Assembly (NCBI RefSeq): GCF_964204645.1
Contig: NC_134033.1
Coordinates: 1,756,131 to 1,820,130 of the forward strand
Reading direction: 5' to 3'
Length of the DNA: 64,000 nt
DNA from: Tubulanus polymorphus
Taxonomy: Eukaryota; Animalia; Nemertea
The translations under genes were made by a program, and so were the position numbers. This document shows positions 21,501-34,225 of this stretch, piece after piece. The notes under the pieces are model-generated. The model saw only the letters and a list, made by a program, of their open reading frames with translations, was not told the DNA's origin and did no database searches. The first letter of the stretch is position 1. Every line of letters starts with the position of its first letter.

Positions 21501-24500
21501 GAGGCAGCCATCTTCTCTCCAAGTTAACTTTCTATAGATAATGCCATCAGGCAAGTTTATGAGGTCATTATTGCCATCAGGCAAGTTCATGATGTCATAG
21601 GAGGATTTATGGAAATAGCCACGTTTGCTAGGAGAGTATAGATTGAATCATAAGATAATCTAATGTCATAAAGTGATTTATGGAAACAGCCATCTTGAAC
21701 TGTCCATGGATAATATAAAAAAGTTCTTGAAGGTAGCCATGTTTTTAGAAAGGTATATCATCCAATTCATTTTGATTTTTCTTTAATAAATAGACTCAGA
21801 TTTTGCACAGAGATTTTAGGGTTCACTTACACCGGTTTTCTTAAATTTTTGCCAGACGTATTTCGTGCCGTTGCCTTTTTCCAAACGATACGTCGGTGGA
21901 AACAGAATGTGTTCTTCATCTATACATGCACAATGTGTTTATTCCACGACAGCAGACGGAATAAATTCAATAAATATACGAAAACATGCTGTCAGTATTT
22001 TCAAATATTTGAATATGATTTCAGTTAGAATTTCATGCGAGGAATTTTTACGAGAGCCTGATTTCATAGACTTGATATCAAAGTAACCCTTAGGGGTAAA
22101 TCCTCAACCTAGGTGACAACGAACATTGAAAACACAGTAAACCTAGCCTTTCTCCAACGCAGCCATCTCGGACATTCAACTACCGGAAACTCTGACAAAA
22201 TGTAGATCATTTTTGTACCTGGCTGACATATTTTTCTTAGCCTTAACTCAAGACTTTCGCTTGCCCCAGTAAAATTTTGCCGGGCCCAGTTTGTCCGAGT
22301 TAGGTGAGGTTTACTGTAGTAATAACTGACTAATTCAAAATGTTCCCAGGGATTCTTTTGCCCAAAAATCTATGAAACTCAGCCAGAGGAATCATCACAT
22401 AAAATATCGATTTGAGGAAGGAAAATGCTTGGATCACAGTGAAAATTAATATAAATGTATTAATACATAAATAAGAAATTGCGTAAAACTGATGTATTAT
22501 TTTGGGGAGGAGACATTCTCGAAATCGGCGAAAATAAAAGACCGGCGATAAATTACCGAATAGATAAAACGCTTTCTTTTCCCGCTGCGTTTTGAGCAGT
22601 TGATCTTTCGCCAGCAACGGTTCGAAGTCTTTGTGCTCGATCTTTTTCAAAATTACCTGAAAACCCGGGAAAAAAATATGGATACAAAATAGTTTACGCA
22701 GGGGAGCACGGCAAATACGACTGTGGAACGAGGCCTAGTAGCTCATTTTTAGAAACCAGGCTAAGCTCATTCAGGTTTTAATTTAGAGGGGCCAATCTAT
22801 GGGGAGGCGGTCCAAAAATTGGACACCTTTTACTTAGAAAATATCGAAATTTCTTCAATGTTAACGAAAAGGCCCAAGACTGGTCTGATGACTTCCTTCA
22901 GTGAAGGCTAAGTCTTAACCAATTTTGGTCCCGTAAACAATCTAACAACTAAGACCAGTAGAAATGTAGGCGAAACAATGCCTCATTATTTATTACATGT
23001 GGATCGTCATCCAATCTATAGTTGAGATCTCCGAACCAGAAAACGTGATGGAACTGCTTCGTCAAGTCGAATTGACCGCTATGGACCTTCAGTTTCTGTG
23101 ACAGACAACGTAGAATATCCTTAAAATTCTGGATCCTCCTGGAAAATAAACAGCAAAAGCGAATAATATCAGATTCATCGATTCATTCGAAGATTATACT
23201 GAATACCTTAACATAATAAAAATCTAGTCATCCAGTAGACATGAGTCCAGGGTTCAGTTCCATAGTTAGGGCTCAGACTTAGACTGTTCTAAGACCAACT
23301 TAGTTCTATAGCCAGTCTAACAACTTAAGATCAGTCTTAAGATTTAAGACCGCTTTCGGTATAAAGTCTTGACTATGAAACCAGCCCCTGGGACTGCAGT
23401 TTCTCAAAATTTGGTTAAAAGTTAACTGTTGGACAAATCCCATTGTGAAATTTGAAATTACCATGGTATTTGTAAACTAAATTAGTCAATTTAGTCAACT
23501 GTAACCAACTTTCGAACAACCGACGAGTTAATATTCATTGATCAAACTTCGTAGGTTCAAGTAAGATCCGAATCTTCAATGTTTAAACGGGACTCATAGA
23601 TTTATACGCTTTTTTAATTGATACCTCGCATTCTTTTCTGCGCCCGACGTCAAGTGGCAGTTCACGAAACAAAACGAAGTTCCACAGAATGAGAAAGTAA
23701 TCGCTACAGCTCCTTTATTGCCTGCAACCGTAAACAAAGAGAGAACTTTCAAATTCCTAAACCTCTCTTCTGTTCTTAGAATCAAAAGGTACCAATCCTG
23801 GGGTCTAGATATACATGCAAGCCACTGAAATAAGCTGAGTTCCACTAAATTCAGGAAATGCATATAAATATAATAATATCAATATAAAACTTTATTTTAA
23901 TATGCGAATTCAATGATTTGAATATGCACATTCAAATATTTGAATATGTAAATTCAAAGATATGCAAATTCGAAGATTTCAATATGCAAATTCAACGATT
24001 TGAATATGTAAATTCAAAGATATGCAAATTCGAAGATTTCAATATGCAAATTCAACGATTTGAACATGCAAAATTCAATAATTCGTATAATACTCACCCA
24101 AGGTGTTAGCGATGCCCGTTTTAACCGATGCGCTTTCAATATGGCTGATTTTATTTTTGTGTTCGAGTCGCGCGAGAATCACGAGTCGAATGTCCCACAA
24201 TACGTGCGAAACGACCTAAAAATAAACCGCAAGAGGCAAGTGCTCATCAAAAACCAGGATGGAACCACTTTTATCTGACTTGCTTTTACCCTGACTATTC
24301 CCTGACATGCACGTTGTTTTCCCTGAATTGATCTGTTAAGAATCCGATCAATTAACACATTCAAATACATAAGACATAGACCGAAACTGTTTGATCTTAC
24401 ACGCGATCTAACAATCTCAACAAATTTCCCTGACTATTCCCTGACATGCTTGTTGTTTTCCCTGACTCGATCTGCTAAGAATCCGATCAATTAACACAGT

Positions 24501-27500
24501 CAAATACGTAAAAAAATAGACGGAGACTGATTGATTTTACATGCGATCTAGCTGTCTCAACATAGTTCACCGAATTTCCCTGATTTTTAGCTTATCAACA
24601 AAAAGTTTCTTAACGAAAACTTACGATATAAAAGTCGGAGAGGAATAGGCCTTCGAGTGAATTTTTTAAGCGCGACGCCCATTCTTTTTCCGTAAGCGCC
24701 GACTCCTGGAAAACCGCAAAAACAAGATTTCAATTCTTTTAATATTGATAATCGATAAGATGAATTCACAAGGGTCGATTTAGGACACGTGAGTATACCT
24801 GAGTGCCGATGATGTAAATGTCGTGCGAGATTTGCAGCAGGCAATGGTCTCGCGTTTTACCGGTTCCTTGAGATTTGAGCCACGTCGACAGGTTCCATTC
24901 CGGTTGACTATCAGCTGAAACGATGATAGGCATCGTTCAAATTTCACAAAAACGGTCACGGGCTGCAGTTGCTCAAAAGATTTTCGCCGAACAATTAGCT
25001 ATTTATCACCACCGAACTCTGACCACTCACCCATATTCCAGGTTCCGATGAATAGTGATATCGTGCCGATGTCAGTCGGCGACGATGAGTGCATGTTTTT
25101 CATCTGCTGCGCGAGTTGACAGAACAGCTCCCTCTGGCGAATGTCTTCGAAAACGTACGTCTCCTTTTGTTGACCTTCGATGAAAATGTCCAACTTGCAA
25201 TTGTTCGCCATATGTTTGACGAGCTGTTCAACTGAAAACAGAAAAACATGGCTTCCTCCATAAATCCTCCAATGACATCATAAGATTTACGATCTACAAA
25301 AGTCTGTCTGCCTCGATAAAACCCCCCAATGACATCATCAGATTTCCATAAACCCTCCAAGAAAAGATGGCTGCCTCCAAAAATCCCCCTATAGCACCAT
25401 GAAATTAGCTACTACCTATTTGATCTATAGACCCTCAACAAAAGGTGCCTGCCTCCATAAATTCTTCTGTGACCTGATCAATTGTTCAGTGATTAATTGG
25501 AAGATTAATAACTCAAAAGCTTAATTACTGTTACTTAATGTTAATTTGATGATGTCATAGGGTGATTTCACGGAGGTGGCCATCCCGTGTATATGCGACT
25601 TACTTTTATCGTGTAGGAATGTGTTACGAGAATCTAACAATTCTGTGTGAGGTTTGACGGCGAACAATTTCCCACCTTGCAAATCAATCGTCAACGTGAT
25701 TGCCTTCTGCTGCATCAACGATCCAATGACCTTCACCTTGATGTTATATAATAGCTATATTGTTGTATATTGTTTTGAAAAAAGCTTACCATAGATAAGC
25801 CATATGATACTGTTTTTCATCATCCATTTCATAGTCATCAGGGCCCAGTTGCACAGTCGTGACTTAAGTCCAAAAGTGGTCTTAAATCTTAAGACTGGTC
25901 TTAAGTTGTTAGATTGGCTATAGAACTAAGTTGGTCTAAGACTGGTCTTAAGTCTAAGCCATGACTATGCAACCGGCCCCTGGGCTCATAGTCCACTCTG
26001 TGTACAGAGCTACAGCCTTCAGGCTCTGGACGGGTCCTTCATGAGTTCATCTCAGTATCTTGGAATATTAGTGATTTGATTCATATTTGTAAATTCCAAG
26101 TAAAAAACGTCGTCCTTGTTTTAGTGTTATACGTACGTTGAACGATTTCTCCGGAATCGATGAACGTGGTTTCATCGACGGGTTCCTCGGAACGTTTTTC
26201 ATACTCGACGAAGTCTCCGCCGATTGACTCCTCATTGTCGTCGGCGATGATGCCCCCGCATTTTGAGGCCTCACTTTGTTGACTAAATCCGAGATACAGG
26301 TATTTGCCTGAAAATTTAAACATGAAAAAAATTGTTTTTAAGCCGTCATTCTATTTTCAAGTGGTGGTGATGTGAAAATTCATGGAAGATTCCGACCTAA
26401 GTGTGTTGAATAACGGGCACACCGCTACAGTGCATCTGCACTGCGGTGCGGTGTATCATTAGTTACTCATATCTAACTGTGTTCGACAGGTGCTGCCATC
26501 TTTCAATAGAGATGATAATAACATCAATACTAATAAGATGAATACACCACGGTGCAGTGTACTAGAAAATTACATCACAGATTTATACACCGCACTGCTG
26601 TGTAGACACACTGAAAGGGTTAATTTATTTTAATCATCATCATTTCAGTTTCTTATTTTTCTTTTAAAGCAGACGTATTTTTTGAATACGAACCAATTTT
26701 TCGACGGTTTGAATTTTTTTCCGAACTTCCTCGAATTTTTTGGATAAATCTTCGATCGTCATTTCATCCATTTGAGTTTCATTCTGATATTACAAAAAAA
26801 AAAAACATGTAAATAGATGAGTCCAAATGTCCGTATGAGCATGAAAGTTTACGACCCATGTACTTAGACATACAACATGTTCATGTAAATTGAACACATG
26901 TACGCACATGTAGAAACAGAGACAACTTATACAGGTACATTATATGGAGAAAAGATGTACAGAAATACACACAACATGCACATGTTTATAAACATGTAAC
27001 ATGTAAATGTTAACAGACATGTAATTTACATATTTATAGATAGATGACATGCACATGATTATAAACATAACATGCAAATGTTTAAAGAAAGACTGATTAC
27101 ATGAGCATGTTTATAAAGACAGATGACATGTACATGTTTAAGGACAGATGATAAGCACATATTTTCAGGGGAGATGACATACACATATTTTCAGACAGAT
27201 GACATGCACATGTTCATAGATGGATAACATGTACATGTTAATGATCGCACTGACCTCGTGAGAAGAAGGTGAAGTCGGTGAATTCTGATTGGTCGAGAAT
27301 AGATTACAACACAGTTCTAGTTTACTCATGTAGTCGGTTAAACTGCGGTGAACGGGTCTCGCCGCGTACGCGAGCAGACGGCGTATTTCCGTCTGGCTGG
27401 AATCATCACCGTCCCTCGAACCGCCGCGCTCCGTGTACTGACGCAACGCGTTCATGAAATCACCGTCGATACTAAAACAACGATAATCATAACTGTTTAT

Positions 27501-28727
27501 AATTCGAAATTTGAAACTTTTAAGCGCTGAAATTCTCTACGACCTACCAAGAGAAATCTAGTTGACTGAAACGATTGGTCAGTTCGCAAGTGACGAGATC
27601 ACAGTTCGAATTTGAGTCGTCTTCATCTTCTAAAATAGAAAACAAAACTCTCTAAGACTGGTCTTAAATCTTAGTAACAACTTAGGGTCAGCACAGGACC
27701 TGCGCAGGACCAAATTCTACAGTTTTGAAAAAAATTCTGAATTTTAAATTCAAAAAGATTTTTCTAATGAATTGCGATTGCGACTTTTCGGATTTACGAC
27801 GTACCTGATTCCTGGTCGCTGTCATCGATGGCTCGTTCGACCGGGAATCGTAAAGCGGTGACCAGTCCGTTACAACCTCCACGACGAATATAACCGGCTA
27901 TTAGTGAACACAGATCCGGGAACTTCCTCTCAGCCACGCCGGCTTCTGCCTGAATAGATGAATAATAATGTTGAAAATAACCCAAAAATACACCTCGCTA
28001 TAACAAACTATCTTCATAATGAGTAAGAATCCCACAATGTGTGGACGAATCTTAAAAGTTAGAAATATTTAGGGTCGTTGCTACCACCCTTCTTCGGTCT
28101 AAAATGGATATATATCCTCATAATGAACTGCTTTTCCTTATTAGTAAAATGTCCTAGTTCATTTACGAGTAAGAGAACCACTTTACAAAGAACATCTTTC
28201 TAGTAAGAACCACAGACACTTGAATATGGGCTTTTATACTGAAAAAAATAATTGATAACCCACTAGCGATAGTTTTTATGTCAGAGAGTCAAAAAGTTGA
28301 TTTTTGTGAATTTGAAAATGAATTTAAAAAATTGGTCAATAAATCTGCCAGATGGTCTAGCGCGAGTTTAAGTTAATACCAGTCCCTAGAATCCTGTCCT
28401 AGAAGGCAGGGTCTCTAACCTGTGTTGACAAAAAACCAGCTTCATCTGGTAAAATTCTGTACTGATGAATACGTCCTTGATGACTGAAAAAAAATGACAA
28501 AAATTAAATATAGCTGCCAGGCAGCAATGAAAGTTTCTGCAAACCACTCTCAATCCGCAGATGGTGACGGCGCTGCCTCCTGCTGGTACTCACAATAAAC
28601 AGAGCGTGTAAGCCCCGCTGATCGACTCGCTCGCCCGCACCAAGAACGAACCATCGTTTCCGTTGTTACGCAATAATTCTTCGGCTTCGAGGCGGCTGAT
28701 GCCACCGTGGTAGAACGGCAAATCCAT
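18517..28727 (-). CDS. INPPL1: SH2-containing inositol polyphosphate 5-phosphatase (SHIP; co-orthologue of INPP5D/INPPL1), ~981 aa, 21 coding exons
   Basis: Exons (minus): 28727-28594, 28483-28420, 27949-27805, 27629-27548, 27471-27255, 26783-26694, 26307-26137, 25736-25604, 25231-25031, 24914-24799, 24705-24625, 24215-24098, 23721-23625, 23138-22997, 22656-22557, 21919-21831, 21371-21132, 20535-20478, 20092-19910, 19507-19331, 18824-18517 (2946 nt, in frame). SH2 (FYHGGISRLEAEELL..DGSFLVRASES), 5-phosphatase motifs (IGTWNM, GIANTLGNKGAV, FWFGDLNYR, PSWCDRVLW, SDHKPV), C2 region, Pro-rich tail. Confidence 0.93.
18925..19320. repeat. 39-bp tandem repeat, ~10 copies (related to family-B MITE terminus)
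   Basis: Unit cagagtcaaattaaacccacacaactgtggaactggatc. Reverse-orientation arrays at ~6695-6830, 10770-10960 and 34500-34720. Confidence 0.85.
20176..20434. mobile_element. piggyBac-like MITE (family C)
   Basis: TTAA|CCTATTCAGTGC ... GCACTGAAAGCG|TTAA; homologous to 43584-43877, 53722-54005, 56726-56991. Confidence 0.7.
20735..21125. repeat. Degenerate (TACATG/TATAG)n simple repeat; similar tract at 26850-27240
   Basis: Runs of tacatg/catgta/tactatag; explains the His/Thr/Cys-rich spurious ORFs. Confidence 0.8.
22135..22317. mobile_element. Tc1/mariner-like MITE
   Basis: Imperfect TIR CAGTAAACCT(A/C)(G/A)CCT ... AGGTGAGGTTTACTG followed by TA. Confidence 0.45.
23915..24070. repeat. 60-bp tandem repeat
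   Basis: tgaatatgtaaattcaaagatatgcaaattcgaagatttcaatatgcaaattcaacgatt, exact at 23941 and 24001. Confidence 0.9.
25842..25979. mobile_element. Family-A PIF/Harbinger-like MITE (further copies 23251-23387, 30406-30731, 38570-38930, 39054-39191, 49432-49929, 51541-51900)
   Basis: cag|GGCCCAGTTGCACAGTCGTGACTT ... AAGCCATGACTATGCAACCGGCCC|ctg; internal aagaccagtcttaag motifs. Confidence 0.75.
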
Positions 28728-28979
28728 TTACAAACTGAACAACCTGGAATTCAAATAGACCGACAGTGATTGCTAATATCTGGAATTTGAATGATAAACT
28801 GGAGACGGATTATAGCAGGTTAGAGGCTGACGTTGTTGGTAAGAGGATACAGTGATCCGGCTTAGAGTTAAGTGAAGAAGCTTTAGATTCATGCCTATAA
28901 ATAGGATAGATGGCTACTTAAGGGGGAGAGGCTAAAATTAGGGGTAGACCCATCACACCATCAGTTGATAACTGTTTTG

Positions 28980-29112
28980 GGTAAAAGTGCAGATCCGCAC
29001 CTCTCCGTGTAAAAACGGTCAGTTACATTAAATATCATTGTTTCAGATTCAAAATTCAGCAATTTAGTACATTGCGTTTTTACACGGAGAGGTGCGGATC
29101 TGCACTTTTACC
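28980..29112. mobile_element. Young MITE with perfect ~38-bp TIRs and an 8(-9)-bp TSD (hAT/P/Mutator-like)
   Basis: GGTAAAAGTGCAGATCCGCACCTCTCCGTGTAAAAACG and its exact reverse complement; flanked by CTGTTTTG at 28972-28979 and 29113-29120. Confidence 0.8.
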
Positions 29113-29182
29113 CTGTTTTGGGCTTTTAGTGTCATGCAATGGTCTAAAAGCAATCAGCACATAACGATAAACACCTCCTTAC

Positions 29183-29388
29183 CACACATACATTATCACG
29201 GAGAGCTGAAATGAGTTGAAAAGTTGCTAAAAACTCAGGAAATTAACGAACGCGGAAGTAAAAACACTCGGGAAAAACCCAGAATTTCGTTGATTTGTTC
29301 GCGCGCGGCTGTAACGAAACCGCAGCTAACCAGGAAGTGAAAAATCTGGTCAATTTTCCGGGTGATTTCTTCTTCTGCAGGCTTGAAA
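29183..29388. promoter_or_regulatory. Bidirectional promoter SHIP(-)/ATG3(+)
   Basis: The SHIP 5'-UTR exon donor (GTAAGG on minus at 29182) lies ~200 bp from the ATG3 ATG. ETS-like CGGAAGT at 29253 and CAGGAAGTG at 29331. Confidence 0.55.
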
Positions 29389-32300
29389 ATGATGCAAAAC
29401 GTGATAAACACGGTGAAAGGGAAAGCGTTAGGAGTAGCCGAATATTTGACACCAGTTTTAAAGGTAAATTCAGCGACTATTCGACCTTAAAGAGTCCTCA
29501 TCAATTCAATCCAACTCGATTCAATTAAGATATATTGTCCATTCTTAAGTTGTCGATTTGATCGGAATTCGCCGCGTCTAAACTAAAACTGTGCGTTCTG
29601 CGATCAGTCTTGTTTTTGATGTTCTTTATTACGCAATCAGTAATTTATTCTATTTTTTTTAGGAATCGAAATTTAAGGAGACTGGAGTCATAACCCCTGA
29701 AGAGGTAGGTTTCTGAAGCCCATCTATTTATACTAGGCTTAGCAAATGACTACTGATTTGTTTCTAATGCTCTGCCAGGTCCTTGTCTCTGGCCATTATT
29801 GGTAAGCCCTGCCCTATGACCACTGCTAGGCCCTAGTCTATGTACAACTTGCTAGGCCCTGGTCCATTATCACTGCTAGACCCTGGTCCATTATCACTGC
29901 TAGACCCTGGTCCATTATCACTGCTAGGCCCTGGTCCATTATCACTGCTAGGCCCTGGTCCGTTATCACTGCTAGTCCCTGGTCAATTATCACTGCTAGA
30001 CCCTGGTCCATTATCACTTCTAGTCCCTGGTCCATTATCACTGCTAGTCCCTGGTCCATTATCACTGCTAGGCCCTGGTCCATTTACTGCTAGTCACTAA
30101 TCCCTGACTGTTCTGCTAGATCTTGGTCTATGAACAATTTGCTAGGCCATCGGCTATATGACTAATGGTTGCTCTTGTTTCAAACTAATTTTTATCAAAA
30201 ACTCCGTTTTTATGAAATGATTTAATTTTCGTCGGTGCGTTTTAGTTTTTAGCGGCCGGTGATCACCTGACCCATCACTGCCCGACGTGGCACTGGGCGA
30301 CCGGCGACGAATCCAAAGTGAAAAGTTATTTCCCTAAAGAGAAGCAATACCTCATCACGAGAAACGGTGAGTTCAGCGTCACTGATCACTGATCATATTA
30401 GTGTGGGCCCAGTTCCATAGTCATGGCTTAGACTTGAGACCAATTTAAGACCATCTTAGATTTACAACCAATCTAACAACTTAAGACCAATCTAAGCTCA
30501 TTTTGGTTCTATAACCAATCTAACAACTTAAGACCAGTCTAAGCTCATTTTGGTTCTATAACCAATCTAACAACTTAAGACCAGTCTAAGCTCATTTTAG
30601 TTCTATAACCAAACTAACAACTTAAGACCAGTCTAAGCTCATTTTGGTTCTATAGGCAATCTAACAACTTAAGACCAGTCTTAAAATCTAAGACCATTTT
30701 TGGACTTAAATCTCAACTGAGGAACCGGCCCCTGATGGTTTAAGACTGGTCCTAGGCTAAGCCATGACTAAAGAACTGGCCCCTGTTATCTTTAACCCTT
30801 GGATTAGAAATATTAGCTCAGCTATTAAACGGGCCTCTATTCTTGTGTGAGAAAATATATGTAAGTGGTGTTAATTTTTCAGTACCATGTTATAAACGAG
30901 TGAAACAAGTGGACAGTCATCAGGAAGAGTTTGAGAAAGTGATTGATGAAGATGATGGAGAGGGAGGCTGGGTCGATACTCATCACTTCGCCGGTTAGTT
31001 CTACTACTCCTACCGCTGTCAGTTCGACGATGATGTCATAGGGGGATTTATCAGCAACTATCATTCACTGGGAGACCTTATAGACCTAAATCAATCCGAT
31101 GATGTCATAGGGGGATTTATCAGCAACTATCATTCACTGGGAGACCTTATAGGCCTAAATCAATTCGATGATGTCATAGGGGGATTTATCAGCAACCATC
31201 GTTCACTGCTGGAAGACCCTATAGGCCTAAATCAATTTGATGATGTCATAGGGGGATTTATCAGCAACTATCATTCACTGGAAGACCCTATAGGCCTAAA
31301 TCAATTCGATGATGTCATAGGGGGATTTATATACATGTATTTCACTTTGCCGGTTAGTTCTTCCACTGTCAGGCAGCCATCTTTTCTGTGAATGGCAATT
31401 TGATGATGTCATAGGGGGATTTATGGTGGACAGCCATCTTTCCTCAAATAGTGTATAATTCAGTTAATTAGAGGATTTGATAATGTCAAAGGGGGATTGA
31501 AGGTGTCCGCCATTTTTCTAGAAGGTTCTCTATAGATAATTTTTTGTCCCTGTTCCTAAGTTACCTACGTTTGTAAATGATGATGTCATAAGGTGATTAA
31601 CGAATGCAGCCATGTTGTTTCATGTTATTGATATAGATTCCACGTTGACAGCCATTGCCGATCAGGTCGGTGAGATGACGTTATCGTCGTCCGCGGCGAC
31701 GGCTCAAGCAGACGCAGGAGCAGACGGACGGGTTACCGGCGACGCGAACGCAAACGACGATGACAGCGACGGCGATGATGACGAAGAGGCCGGCGATATG
31801 GATGAATTCGCGGATAGCGGTTTGTTAGAGGCAGAAGATAATGTGAGTATCTTACGATCAGGGTTTAGGGGTAGAGGTCAGTCGGTGTAGCGAGATACAC
31901 AGCAGTTTTTGGATCTGGATCCACTGTTAACTCTGGATACGAGGTGCACGGAGTTCTTTTACCAGTGAACTTTGAATAAGAACTCATATCAAATGAAAAG
32001 GCACTGGTCTAACGATCAACCAGGTCCGTGGAATGTAAAAACTAGACTTTGGTTTAAAAAGGTCTATTGCGGTGATTTTGTAAAGAGCTGATAGTGGTGC
32101 TATCATTCCAACCGGGGGGAAGACCAGAGTGCTTTGATTGACTATCGATAAGAAGCAGATCTATAGCAATAAAAGGCTTTGGCATAAACTAACCTGAAAA
32201 AAATGGCAAGAATCTGAACCTGATCTGGCAGAGTATGAAAGCTTCAGGCAGGATTTGAACCTGATCTGGCAGAGTATGAAGACCTCAGGCAGGATTTGAA

Positions 32301-34225
32301 CCTGAGTATGAAACAGGATTTGAACCTGATCTGACAGAGAATGAAGCAGGATTTGAACCTGAGTATGAAACAGGATTTGAACCTGATCTGACAGAGAATG
32401 AAGCAGGATTTGAACCTGAGTAAGAAACAGGATTTGATCCTGAATCTCTCAAATATTGCTTAAATACTTGTAATTTATGGTTGTAGGTGTTGCTAGACCT
32501 GGTGAGCAGGATTTGAATCCGAATATATCGATCTCTATTTCTAGGCGTTGTTAGACCCGGCGTCTGTTCAGAGTGAAGTGAAATCAGGTGACGCAGCAGG
32601 AGCAGACGACAGCGGAATATTACAAACACGCACGTACGATTTGTATATTTCATACGATAAATATTATCAGACTCCTCGACTCTGGCTGTACGGGTACGAT
32701 GAGGTAAGATGCATCAACGATTCATTACTGATGACTTCAATGATTCAATAAAATTATTATTAGTTACTTATGACTACCTTCTCATTGTAAATTTCGACAA
32801 TTCAGTAAAATTATAATTAGTTACTTGTGACAACCTTCTCATTCTCGATGACTTCAACGATTCAGTAAAATTATGATTATTTACTAATGAAGGTCTCATT
32901 CTACATGACTTCATTGATTCAGTAAAATTATGATTAGTTACTTATGATGACCTTTTTATTCTCAATAACCTCAATGATTCAATAAGATTTTAATAAGTTA
33001 CTAATGCCAACCTTCTCATTGTCAATGAGTTCAACAATTCAGTAAAATTATAATTATTTACTAATGAAGATCTTCTTATTTTCAATAACTTCAATGATTC
33101 AGTAAAATTATAATCAGTAACTAATGAAGATCTCATTCCCCATGACTTCATTGATTTAGTGAAATTATGATTAGTCACTTATTTCTGACCTTCTCATTCT
33201 CAATATGTTCAACAATTCAGTAAATTTATAATTAGTTACTAATGCCAACTTTCTCATTCCCAATGAATTCAATGATCCAGTAAAATTATGATTATTTACT
33301 AATGAAGATCTTCTCATTCCCCATAAATCCAACGATGCAGTAAAATTAAGATAACTGTTGTTTCTACTTCAGAATCGCCAGCCGTTGACCGTCGAACAGA
33401 TGTACGAAGATTTCAGCCAGGACCACGCGAAAAAAACAGTCACCATGGAAAACCATCCTCACCTGCCAGGGCCGCCGATGGCATCAGTACATCCTTGCCG
33501 GTGATACAACCGCCTAGAAATTCATTTGTAGTTTTCAAGAATTTGTCCAAAGTTGTGAATTTTTTATGTTTTCCTTTTGTTTTCAAAGGCACGCAGTCGT
33601 AATGAAGAAAATCATACAAACAGTAGCAGACGGAGGCGGTGAACTAGGCGTGCATATGTATCCTTTATACTTTGATTAAACGAAATTAATTTTTTTCCTG
33701 GGAAATCCGACTCTTTTCTTGAAAACCACAAAACTTGGGGGGTTTGAATTTTTGGCGTCCAGTGGTTCTTGCTGATGATGAGTGCGACTAGGACTGTCTT
33801 GAAAAACTGCCCACACTGAGGATATCTTATGAATTAATCGGAGAATATTTGCTCAAGGGTCAGGGAAATATCAGGACAATTGCCCCTGGACAATTGCCCC
33901 TGGACAATTGCCCCCTGGACAATTGCCCCCTAAATTAATCTTTTTAATATTATCAGGAGATTCTGTTTTCTTAAAAATCAGTGGAAAGTTGGGGAATTTG
34001 AATACTTGTGATAAGAAACAGCCCCAACTGAGGATACCTTGTTATGATATCTAATCAGGTAATTTTTGTTCAAGGGTCAGGGTAATATCAGGAAATTTTG
34101 GACCTGTCAATAGTTCATTCTCCTTGACCGCGTGTGGCTTCAGGTATTTGATGATATTTTTGAAGTTCGTTCAAGCTGTCATTCCGACGATCGAATACGA
34201 TTATACTCGCCATTTTACAATGTGA
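29389..34225 (+). CDS. ATG3: Autophagy E2-like enzyme ATG3 (~330 aa, 9 exons)
   Basis: join(29389..29463,29663..29704,30246..30366,30883..30993,31637..31842,32545..32703,33373..33500,33589..33657,34144..34225), 993 nt. [32 protein letters not shown], catalytic HPC, C-terminus [14 protein letters not shown]. Confidence 0.97.
29845..30085. repeat. 24-bp minisatellite, ~10 copies
   Basis: Unit ctgctaggccctggtccattatca. Confidence 0.9.
31025..31330. repeat. ~75-bp tandem array of the dispersed GATGATGTCATAGGGGGATTTAT repeat family
   Basis: Same core at ~21400-21750, 25250-25570, 44910-45250, 52880-53170 and 54510-55120. Confidence 0.8.
32210..32445. repeat. Composite tandem repeat (caggatttgaacctga core)
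   Basis: Repeated caggatttgaacctgatctg(g/a)cagag(t/a)atgaa and caggatttgaacctgagtatgaaa. Confidence 0.85.
32715..33350. repeat. Degenerate ~57-bp AT-rich tandem repeat, ~11 copies
   Basis: Recurrent ttcagtaaaattatgattagttactaatga...tctcattc. Confidence 0.8.
33658..34143 (+). other. U12-type (minor spliceosome) GT-AG intron, last intron of ATG3
   Basis: 5' splice site GTATCCTTT (33658-33666); branch site TCCTTGAC (34121-34128) about 16 nt before the CAG, with no polypyrimidine tract. Confidence 0.9.

Noticed and set aside
29838-30100. Repetitive ORFs (MDQGLAVI)n / (LLGPGPLS)n
   Set aside because: 24-bp intronic minisatellite inside ATG3; the ATG3 exons splice around it in frame.
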